The notes beneath the pieces were generated by a model that was not told where the DNA came from, made no database searches, and saw nothing but the letters and a program-made list of their open reading frames with translations. A stretch of DNA of 64,000 nt from Intoshia linei (lineage: Eukaryota; Animalia; Orthonectida). This document shows, piece by piece, positions 53,250 to 64,000 of this stretch (within the stretch, counting starts at the first letter, position 1; every line of letters begins with the position of its first letter). The position numbers were made by a program, and so were the translations under genes. The stretch covers positions 4,422-68,421 of the forward strand of contig LWCA01000045.1 in assembly GCA_001642005.1 (NCBI GenBank). The letters run 5' to 3'.

Positions 53250-56200
53250 TGTCACTAATGGTATCAATGGAAAAGGAGCATGTAAACGAGAAATGGACTC
53301 GCTTGAACGTCTGGATATTTACACATTCGTCGATCGTCCAAAGAAGTACAATTGATTCCAACAAGGGTGGTATTTAAAATCAAAGAAGATGACAAAAGAA
53401 AAGTGAAAAACTTTAAGGTACTTCTTGTAGCAAAAAAATACAAACAACAATACGGTGTTGATTATGAAGATGTATTTGCTCTCGTATCGAGAATTTCTAC
53501 GTTTCAATTGATTGTATCAATAGCTTTGAATGAAAATGTCTATATAGAACCTCCAAAAGGTTTTGAAAACTTAGTTCTTCGACACAAGGTTATGAAATTG
53601 AATAAAGCTTTATAAGGCTTGAAACAATCGCCGAAAGTATGGAATGAAACAATTGATAAATTTTTAAAAGACGAATGTCAATTGACAAAATCAATTGCGG
53701 ACCCTTGTGCCTACTATTTTCACAATGAAAAAGAGCTTTTAGTGATTGTGCTGATTTATGTCGATGACATAATAATTTGCTCCAAAACTTTGGATCTCAT
53801 GAGCAAAATAAAAACAGCATAAAGAAGAACTTCAAAACAACTGACATAGGAAGTCTCAGATACTATCTTGATATTAGCATTTGTAGAACTGGTGACTAAA
53901 TATCAATGTCACAAGAGAACTACATTAATAAGATTTTAGACAAGTTTGAAATGACATCCTGCAAATCACAGTTATCACCACTAGGGTCTAAATATTCTCT
54001 AAAAAACCTTTCAGAGTCAACTAACGATGATAAACAACAGTTGACCAATGCGCCATATCGCACAATTAGAGGTTCTCTATTATACCTCTTAATATGTACA
54101 ATAGGGTGTCCAAATTTTTTTTATAGAAAAAGTATACCTCGCTAATGTTTCCCATATACCTCAAGAATAATATATAAAAATTTATAGACCATGATATTAA
54201 CATTTGCTCAGGCGGGGACCCGTGCATATTTAAATATAAATTAATATAAAGTTAAAGTTATTTAAAATACTATTTATATAATTATTATTAAAACGTATAC
54301 ATTTGTAATGTACATTTTAATTGTGAATTAATCCTTTTTTTAATAAGTAGTAAACTAAAGTATCTATATAACAACACGAATTGTATCTTGAATACTACAC
54401 GTTTCTTAATAAATTGGATTTATTATTATTATATAAGCTAATGAATAGAGAAAAAGTTAATTTGAATAGACTTAATAAATGTAGAAGTAAATCATATAGA
54501 ATGACTACTGAAAAATGCTTGACAGACTTGTCTCGCCTACCGCAAAATAGAGTCATTATTGGAGTCCTATATAACGGTATCATTATCTACAAAATCAATA
54601 TACTATCTCAACAATTAAAATATTAGATAAATATTATGTAGATTTTTACAGACACAACTAAATAGCCAAAGAACTATTGGTCAATGCAGTTCATCATCTA
54701 TCGATGATAATAATTTGATGATCGAAGATTTTAATTTTTCGGTTTTTGAATTAATTGAACCTCATTCAGATGACTTATTGGATGAAGATTATACATTCAA
54801 TCAAGTTGATACTATTTCAGCAAAACAATCCGCTTTAATATATATTATTACTTCCTCTCGAAAGATGAGTAAAATTCTAAATTTGTAAATTAATGATTCA
54901 AAAATACCAAGTAAAAGTATCATATTTTATAATGCCAACAAAATTTTAAAAACTGTTAAAGATACATCAAAAAATTATCTATTGTCTTTTAAACTAAAAT
55001 TCTGTTTGCATTTTGACGATAAACGTAAGATAGAAAAATTAGCAGTTTGCATTTCTGAAGAAAATTACGGAAGACTTATAGCCTTACGATCTTTAAGTAA
55101 TAATAATGGTCGTACAATATGACGAAATTGCAAATATTTTAAAGGAATTTAATCTAAATGATCAAATTTCAATGGTAATTTGCGATACGACAAGCGCAAG
55201 CACAAATAAAAAACAGGGTGTCATAACATATTTAAAATCTATTATAACTAATTTTACTTATGAATGTTGTCGGTTTCACATCCTAGACCTGATTTTGAAA
55301 CATGTATTTCTCGCAATTTTTAAAGTAGATACAAATTCTCCAAACATACAATTTTCATTCGTCACAACACTTTAAAAAAAATTTTTTATTGTTAAAATCA
55401 CAATATACTGGTGAAATTGAAATCCAAAACAACACAGTTATTAGTGGTAATTGGCGCAATGATTACAAAGAATTGCAGAATCTTATTGACGCATACAAAA
55501 CTCTCAGAAAATTTAAACAAAATCCTATCATCAACTTCATAAAACCTGGATGCATTTTAAATGCTCGATGGAATGGCAGAACATTATATGCTCTAAAAGC
55601 CTATATTATAAACATAGACAGATCCCCTCAAGTTAAAAAAGTTTGTGATTTTATCGTTTATATTTGGTCTCAATGTTGGTTCACCTGCAGATATCAAATA
55701 TTTGCAAAATGGAATTCGTTAGAAGAAGAATTGTTATTAAATGTAACATTACTATTATTATTATTTATTTTAGTATCCTAATGTATTAAAATGCTTAAAT
55801 AAGCATTGGATTCGTGAAAACCCTTTCAGTAATAGACTTAATATTTCATATATCAATAAAATAGCAGAAAGAAACTGGACGAATATTCGATCAGATGCAA
55901 ATCAAATGAAAAATTGGAACTAATTTGTATACAAAAATTTAATAATTATAATTAAATTATTTTTTCATTAATTTTACAAATAAATTAACCTGTCCCGCCA
56001 AGCAAAATACTGTTAAATAAAAAACTAAATATTGTATCATACTCTATATCAAAAATGGGACATTAACTGAAAGATACTTTCTCAATTTCGAAAAAAAAAT
56101 GTCCATTTAGGACACTCTAATGTACAAGGCCCGATATAACACTTGCAGTAGCAAAATTGACTAAATACTGCATTAACCAGCATTACTAGCAGTACCACTG

Positions 56201-56760
56201 GCAAGCTGCCAAAGGTGTCTTAAGATATTTAAAAGGTACTCAAAAATACCGTCTGAAGTATATTAAACAAGAAACGAGTCTGAATACGATTGAATCCTAT
56301 GCAGACGCATCCTTTGCTGATGATCTTATAACGAGAAAATCAAGGAGTAGATTTCTCATTTTCTTCAACCATAATCTAGTTGACTGGCAATCCAAACTAC
56401 AGACAATTTGCGCGCACTCAACGGCTAAATCGGAATATATAGCAATTGACAGTGCGGTACGGAAAGTTATTTGGTTTCGACCTTTACTCAAAGAACTCTC
56501 TTTAACCCAAAATGAACCTAGTGTTATATTTGAGGATAACACAGCCTGCATCGTGATTGCAAAGGGACAGGGAAAATTTGAAGCTTCCAAGCATATCGAA
56601 CTAAGGTACCACTACATTCGAGAGAAAGTCGCAGATCCATCAATACGGATGGAATAAGTTACATAGAAAGATCAATTGGCCGACTTCATGACAAAGCCTT
56701 TGGACCGGACAACTTTTGTAAGACTGATTGAAAAAGCTATGAAGCAGCCATTGGATTGAA
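53250..56760 (+). pseudogene. Ty1/copia RT-RNase H relic, interrupted at 54102-56119
   Basis: EMDSL, YGVDYEDVFA, KAL*GLKQSPKVWN, YVDDIII, GSLLYL.CT|RPDI, YADASFA, EDNTACI, KHIELRYHYIRE, DQLADFMTKPL. Confidence 0.92.
54102..56119 (+). mobile_element. hATm-type DNA transposon with degenerate transposase
   Basis: TAGGGTGTCC / GGACACTCTA; perfect TSD ATGTACAA; LHFDDK, CDTTSAST..G, CRFHILDLIL, NARWNGRTLYALK. Confidence 0.88.
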
Positions 56761-57526
56761 ACAATAATTGACAATTAGCATGAGAGTTGAAATATTGTAA
56801 CTATAATTTCTTTAATAAGTTTAATTCTGTAATAAAGTTATATATTGAACGATAATAATTCGACGTGTTTTTGACTTTCGATATTATCTTTTGTACTTTT
56901 CATCCGAAACTCTTTGTCTATAGTTTTGTGCCTCTGTTTGTACAATTGCAGTGATTATTATTATTATCTTGTTGACTTGACAAAATTGTTTGAGTGGAAG
57001 CATTTAAAATATTTTGACCCAGTTCATATAAACTCGTGTCTTTTTTTTAAATTATATAATTTTTTTAAAAATAACAAATACTTTGTTCGTGAACTGTGTC
57101 TAAAGTAAACAATTTTTTAATGATTTTTTTTATTAATATTATTAGTGTCATGATCTATGTTGCCATATTTTTTTACTATGAAAAATCTTAGGAAAACAGA
57201 AAAGGTAAAGACGCGAGTTTTTTGTGACGATTAATCGGGAGATTATTATCTATATATGTCTTTTTTAAAAAGTCCAAATTGGAATAGCCCTAGTGTTCAT
57301 TGAACACTCATGAAACAATTTCAATTTAATAGGATCAGAAGTAAATTGGTTTGTAAACCCTAGATTAGAGCAAAAATTTTCAATCACCCATGTAAAATTT
57401 TGAGTTGATTGTTTGGTCCGCGTGAGACAAATGCTACTTATTATACATTGATAAATAAAATTTTCATATACTAAAGTTTTGTCTAAAACTGTTATATAAA
57501 AAACGGTAGATACAATTTTTTTATTA

Positions 57527-57745
57527 TCCTTACTTATATAAAACTAGCTTGACTGTTATGTACTACGTACAAACAGCACATAGCTCTGCCGAGGGCACAA
57601 TTTTATTATACCAAAAAATAAATTCACGTTGAAAATGTAACTTAAAAATCCACTATTCACTATTATTAATTCTTTAAACGAGTGGTTTCCAAATTTGTTT
57701 CAGGTGGAACCATCATATCACATTACTTTTTACTTTAAAATGAAT
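57527..57745. mobile_element. Helitron 5' stub (+) abutting a Helitron 3' end (-)
   Basis: A|TCCTTACTTATATAAAA followed by CTAGCTTGACTGTTATGTACTACGTAC. Confidence 0.8.
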
Positions 57746-57930
57746 TGATTCCCAAATTTGGAAAAATGGAGGGTTATTTACAAAAATTTCGTCGAGGTTC
57801 CCATGCGGTCTCGTGTATGGTAGGTTCGGAGCTGGTCTCCAGCATATACAAACCGCACAATCAAACGATAACACTGCATATTGTATAAGTAAATATTGAA
57901 AATTAATGTAAAAACAAAAATAAAATATAA

Positions 57931-60189
57931 TTACTCATTTTCCATAATTTTCTTCAATTTACTAGAAATACGCTGGGCGTCACTAATTTCACCATTTTGA
58001 ACATTGATTGAAGAAATCTAAGATTATAAGTTTAATCCTTGCTTATATACAGAAAAAAGGTGTTCATTCTCTAGAGCAGGAGTGCACAACCTTTCCATCA
58101 ATTCAGCCGCAAAGCCACTTTACTCATTGATACTACGACTGCACAAAATTTATTTGGACACTGAAAAAGTTTAAATCCATTTTGAGAAAGTAGCCAAATT
58201 CAAAAATGTAACTTTTTGATAAAAATATTTTAAAATGCCCTTGAATAAAATCTGATTTAAACCTTGCAATTTGAAGTAAAATGATATAGTGCATTATGAT
58301 CACATGGATTTCCAACGGCCGCAGGTTCTGCACTCTGCTCTAGAGTCATACACCAGCGATATATAGCATGGGTTCTTAACCTTTTTCCACTTTGCACCCT
58401 TAATTCAATAACTATAACAACCTCTAAGACTCAGATCGACATAATCATCAATATTAATAATTTCACATTATTGATTTTTTCACGAAATTTTTGTAGGTTT
58501 CTTAAGAGTTTTTAGGAATTTTTTTTAACTAATTTTTAAAGATTTTGAATATGCCTTAAAAACTCTACAAATTTCAAAATTTTACAAAAATATTTAAAAA
58601 ATTCAAAATTACCAAAAAATATTTTTAAAATCTTTAAAAACTGGGTAAAAAAATATCTTAAAAAACCCACCAAATCTTGGGTCAAAAATTATCTTCAATT
58701 TGGAGTCTACACAGAAAAAGGGTTGAGAATGTCTGCTATAAATTATCAACTCAAATTTTTCAATTCACAAAAATTTATTGACAAAATAAATAAATAAATA
58801 AAATTCATCCTAAAATTTCGAAATAATGACAATTGAACGTATATATTTGAAATACAGAAATCTTGGTTTAAATCTGATAAATTGTATCTTTTAAAAACTT
58901 TAAGGTATACTTTATTAGATTCAACCGAAATATCATTTAAAAATTTGTAAACTATATTATAAAAATTTTTATACAAAAGTCAGAATTTCCCAAAAATGTC
59001 GATTTTAAAATTTGTCATTTCATAAATATCACTTAAAACGTCGACTGTGACCTACTACACATTAAATAATAAACCTGTAAAAGTTTTGATTTAATGGAAA
59101 CTAAATAATAGCTCTTTTCATCATACTTTAACAATTTTTCAGAATACAATAAAACTTGCTCCCTTTCATCCAATTCTAAGCTATGAAAATAAAAATTAAC
59201 AAATAAAATTAACAAAATAATAAAAATCATAAACTAGGTTGACTGTTATGTACTACGTACAAACAGCACCTAGCTTTGCCGAGGGCACATTTTTATTATA
59301 CCAAAAAAATAAATTCACGTTGAAAATCTAACTTAAAAATCCACTATTCACTATTATAAATACTTTAAAGGAGTGGTTCCCAAACTTGTTTTAGGTGGAA
59401 CCGTCATATCACATTACTTTTTACTTCAAAGTTAATTATTCCATCTTAATTTTTTGTTTGTTAACATTTGAGTAAAGAATTTTAAAAACATATGTTATCC
59501 CATTTTTTTAATTTATTAGACAGAATGTGTGTATATAATATTTAAAATAAAGTAAAAACAGTCCAATCCTAAAAATAAAAAAAGGTAATTTGTGGTTTTG
59601 ACCATGAAGATAAATTTTTTTATATTTAAATTTATGATAATATTTATGATTTTAAAATCCGTATCAAAGTGTATATTTTTTTAAATTTACGAACTCGTTT
59701 GATTTTCAAAAAAACGAACAATTGGACTTTTTGGCCCGTAAGATGTGAGTTTGTGAGATTGAAATTTATTTTCCTAACGCCCCGGAAAAATTGTAATGGA
59801 AATTTAGATTTTATATAATTCTAAGACTGGTAGTTATTGAAATAAACGATAACACACAGACAAACAAAGCATATTATATAAGTAAGGATACCATTGTTGG
59901 ATAAAATTCTCGAGCGATGCTACAAGATAATTTTTGCAATTTGGATGATTCTCATCCAATTGGTAAGCTTGTTCAAATTTTTCAATAGCACATTCAAGAG
60001 AATTTATATTTGCATAACTATAAATAAATATATTTAAAACATTGAAAAGTAAAAAAAATTAAATTATACATGACTCCTAAACAAACAACACTATCAACAT
60101 GTGTTGGATTGTAAGATAAAATTGAATTTAGTATTTGAGTTGCTCCCGTATAATCTTCAATTTTTATTAATTCGACGACTTGCTTCAAT
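57931..60189 (-). CDS. TTC14: TPR protein, TTC14-like, partial; exons 60189-60070, 60017-59892, 59180-59075, 58017-57931
   Basis: TPRs ..ATQILNSILSYNPTHVDSVVCLGVI|YANINSLECAIEKFEQAYQLDENHPNCKNYLVASL, and SSKLKKIM; phases compatible; 5' exons and true end unresolved. Confidence 0.65.
58077..58337. mobile_element. hAT MITE
   Basis: CAGGAGTGCACAACC / GGTTCTGCACTCTG; TSD CTCTAGAG. Confidence 0.85.
59234..59888 (-). mobile_element. Internally deleted Helitron with both termini, in TPR gene intron
   Basis: A|TC...CTAG|T on the minus strand. Confidence 0.9.
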
Positions 60190-61340
60190 CTAAATTTACT
60201 ACAATAAAGAACAAAAAATAAACACGAAAGTAAAAAAATAAAAACGAATTTAACTAAAACTAAAGACAGAAACAGAAACTAGAGCTTACAAAAATAGTTT
60301 GAGTATTGGGAACAGATTCAAGTTATAAGGTCACATCTTTCTGTATAAAATACAAACAAGATATTTCGCACCATTCTATCAAAAGTTTTCAAAAATAAAA
60401 TAAAGAATAGTTTAGTAAAACATCCCTGTAGTGAACCTGAATCCACGACAAAATTTGCCAATTTCAATGATTTATTTAAATTATTAGTTGGTAGTTGAAT
60501 TGAATAATATATTATTTTAATTTAAAAAAAAAAGGTCTTCTCAATCTAACTACACAGCAGTGTACTGCAGTTATTAAGTGCACTCTAATATACAGATTAC
60601 ATATTGAAGTAGTAAATACGAGTTATCCGCTTTATATGATTTGATTTTGGATACAAAACTAATTGGTGATTTGTCTACAAGTCTAAATTAGAAATAAATT
60701 GACTTTATTAAAAATTATATTACAAACTTGTAAAATGTAAAGGTGGTGTGGGAGAATTTTCAATTTTGAAAATATCATCAAAAATAATGTCGTTATTTAA
60801 AATTGAATTTTCTGACCACATTTTAAAATTTTTTAGAGTACATTTTAGTTTTCGGTCGGTTAATTCCAGTTTGAAATTTTTTATTTTATCTAAGCATATT
60901 GTATTTTTCTCGCGTTATGAAGAGGATAATTATAATTTTACCTTCAAGTTCATGTTTTCCATGAGACAGGGTTATACATTTTTTTATTTGTCTTTTAAAT
61001 TTTTCTCCAAATTCATCGTATAGTTTTCGGTGCATTGTGATTAATTCAATTTTAATATTTTATTGTCAAGTTTTTAAAAGTTTCATTTATTTTTTGCGTT
61101 TATTACATCTAGAAATTGTGGTTTCTTGTAAATCTAATATGTTGCTATTGACATTTTTATTATAATTTGACGTTCAGTTTTATTTATACAAATGTTGAGT
61201 TTTGAATTTTAGATTTAAAAAAATTTGATTAAAAACGTAATAAATTGGCATCTAATAATTAGACTAATTATTTCAAATTATCAAAAAAATTTAACAAAGT
61301 TATATTTGGGAATCGCTGATCTAAGTTAGATCATCTAACC

Positions 61341-61639
61341 CAGGGGCGGCAACCCTTTTGCATCTCGAGGGGCACTTTTTTATACCAAAAAATTCTACGG
61401 GTCCATTTTTAAAAATTTACACATGATACATTTCAATTTTAACTAAAATTAAACGGTTCTAATATATTCAACAAAATAAAATCCAGGGCGATCTAAAAAT
61501 TCAGTATTAAAATGATTATAATTAGCCAATTATAGTAAAAATGTTTAAAATGGTGTTTAAAACTTGAAAAATAAATAATTTACATATTTACTCAAAGAAC
61601 CACCAAAATTATTCTGTGGGCCACTGGTTTCGACCCCTG
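61341..61639. mobile_element. hAT MITE
   Basis: CAGGGGCGGCAACC / GGTTTCGACCCCTG; TSD ATCTAACC. Confidence 0.85.
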
Positions 61640-63084
61640 ATCTAACCTATATTACATAGTCTTATCATGATAAGCACAACGAAATGGTTATTCATAATCA
61701 CATTGTACTCCAAGATAATGTATAATATACATTATTTATTGTATTTAATGTAGTTGACTTTTGTAATATTTTCATTTTTAGTCATAATTTGCGACTCAAA
61801 AAACATGAAACTTAAACAGTACTATATTGTAATGTTTGACGATGTTATAGTAATTTCTAAAAATAATTTTGATTAATTACATCGTGCATTACAACAATTA
61901 AAATCTTTTTAAAATAAAACATTGAATTTTAGATATATGTCTCTTTTGGTAATATCTAGAATTATGCAGTAATTGAAACTTTAAATAATGAAAATAGGTG
62001 ATTGAGTTTATTAAAGTTTTGTCATCTTTTGTAATATTTTTATAACCAAAATGTATCAACATTTATGAATATGCAAATGGAAAAATGTAATTTTAAGATG
62101 ATTTTAGGGTATTAGTAGTTTGATTTAGAAATATCGATAATAAAATAATCAATCTTATCGAACGATAAATTAGAGGAATAATTTATTTTATTTTATCAAT
62201 GTTTTTAGAAATTAATACGATCAATTTCAATTCGATTCCCAAATAGAAAAATGGTTAATCAGAATGTTGTGTCAAGTGTGAATCAAGTTGCAAAATCAAA
62301 ATCTAATAAACCTTTAAATATTAGAACAAATTATTTATCTTCTCCCATGTCTATATTTAGAAAAAAGGTAGACTCTATTGAAATAGAGCATATAAATGTA
62401 ATTTTTAAAATTCTGATTTGAAATAATCAATTATCAAATTATAAAAGATTTTTCGCCAGTTTTCTTAAAATTAAAATTTTTCATTTTTGTTTTAGCGTGT
62501 ATTGCCATCTTGATAAGGTCTAATTATTGACTTAATTGATTATCTTTTATGAATCAATAAACTTTAGAAAATTTAACCTAGATATAACTAAATTGATCAA
62601 ATCTAACATTACATGAACATTGTTCATTAAACAATTGCAAAGCAATAATATTGCGATTATATTCGAAAAATATTTTTGATGTTTTTAAATAAAAAATTGT
62701 TATAAGTCGGGATGAGTGTTATTATGTTCAGCCCTGTCCAATTGAAATCGAATACATTTTTTTTATTAAATTTCATTTTTGCAAGTGTTTAAAAATACGT
62801 CAGGTGTATTTTTAACAGGAAAAACTTTTTCTTATCACTGCTTTATATTAATTAATAATTATACATATATTTAGAACGGTGGCTTATTTTGATATATTCA
62901 AATTTAAATTACAATGTACAATTTATTAATTAAATTATTTATCCTCCTTTTTATATCACTAAATTAGAATGTTTGTTCTTATACCAGATTGGCGCTTTTT
63001 CTTAGAAAATCGTGAATATTACAAATTTTCGGTAAAAACTTGCAAAAATATAAAACGATTTCAATTTCATTATTTTCTGGTATC

Positions 63085-64000
63085 ATCAAAAGAATATGAC
63101 CGTAAAAATATATTCAATTGCGATGAAACGGGCCTATTTTATAAGTGCTCTTTGACTCGAACGTACACAATATCAAAGGCCGATAAGACCAGTGGAAAAT
63201 TTGCCATAAATAGAATGACTTTTATTTGCAATTAATTTGTTAAGGGAAAAATTAAAACCATTCATAATAGGAAAATCGAAAAACCCTAGATGTTTAAAAA
63301 CATTTGATAGACAAAAGTTGCCCGTATCTTATTATGAAAACCAAAAATCTTGGATGACATTGCATATCTTTCAAGAATGGTTACATAATATTAATCACAT
63401 GATGATGATAGAAGATAGGAAAATTTTACTTTTATTGACAGTACTACTATTCATCCTAAGGATATATTGTGGAATTATTTTACTTTCCACCAAATACGAC
63501 CTTCATTACTGCAGCCTTTGGACAAGGAATTATAAAAAATTTTAAGGATAAATACAAAACACTGTTTGCGAAATCAATGAACTTCCAATCAGAGAACACC
63601 AGTCAAAAGGAATGGTGTAAACAAATTAATATATATCAATCAATAATTTGGATTACGAAAGCCTGGATAAGTGAAACCATAAGTAATTGCTTTGAAAAAT
63701 CTTTTAAAAACGCAAAGGTTAAATTTTTTACACCCCAAAATGAGTGTTATGAAGATGTGGGCTTGCTTTGATTATAATCCTATATGATGATCCCTATTAC
63801 TTTTTTTAAGTTATTTTATCATTTTTAAGTCATTTATTTTTTATATAACTGAATTTTTCGAGTAATCAAGATATCAAAACAGAAAACGAATCAAATGCGA
63901 GAAGAACCAATATTGACATGTTTTGACGCATACAAACATGCAATGAAACTTGAAAAATTTTTTCAAAAAAATTTACCAGACAAAATGGAAGACATCTGGC
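63085..64000 (+). pseudogene. Tigger/pogo (DDE_1) transposase, frameshifted, runs off the window
   Basis: NIFNCDETGLFYK, EKLKPFIIGKSKNPRC, YYENQKSWMT, YFPPNTT..GQGIIKNFK. Confidence 0.92.

Larger units (their letters stand above)
52978..57292. mobile_element. hAT MITE (same family as 13616-15052) enclosing a copia relic
   Basis: TAGGACTATTCCA / TGGAATAGCCCTA; perfect TSD GTGTTCAT. Confidence 0.85.

Noticed and set aside
53146-53364. ORFs rich in Y/I/M/H
   Set aside because: Translation of a TA/TG microsatellite at ~53190-53245
56297-56590. 97-aa minus-strand ORF
   Set aside because: Antisense of the copia RNase H
62250-62520. Possible first exon MVNQNVVSS..EHIN with a GT donor
   Set aside because: No productive downstream exon or homology identified

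Overview
Very AT-rich, transposon-dense animal genomic DNA with many tiny (35-56 nt) spliceosomal introns. The style resembles the orthonectid Intoshia linei, but that species call is inference only. Single 'n' contig joins occur at 9168 and 32970. Host genes rebuilt by hand: TRAIP (+), a ~24-exon class II PI3K that ends after its PX domain (+), the 3' end of an SLC6 transporter (-), a Ly6/quiver-like GPI protein (-), MCM2 (-), a compact 192-aa CREB that the ORF track barely shows (-), POLDIP3 (-) and a TTC14-like TPR gene (-). Most of the remaining sequence is transposon debris: about 11 copies of one non-autonomous Helitron, Buster-type and hATm-type hAT elements with clean 8-bp TSDs, pogo/Tigger MITEs, and Tc1, piggyBac, gypsy and copia relics, often nested. 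The most striking structure is an IR/DR-type Tc1 element (2567-6570) whose transposase is split by an intronless ~860-bp transportin fragment and by a nested hAT, making it a candidate gene-capturing 'Pack-Tc1'. No rRNA, tRNA or CRISPR array was recognised. All coordinates were read by eye.
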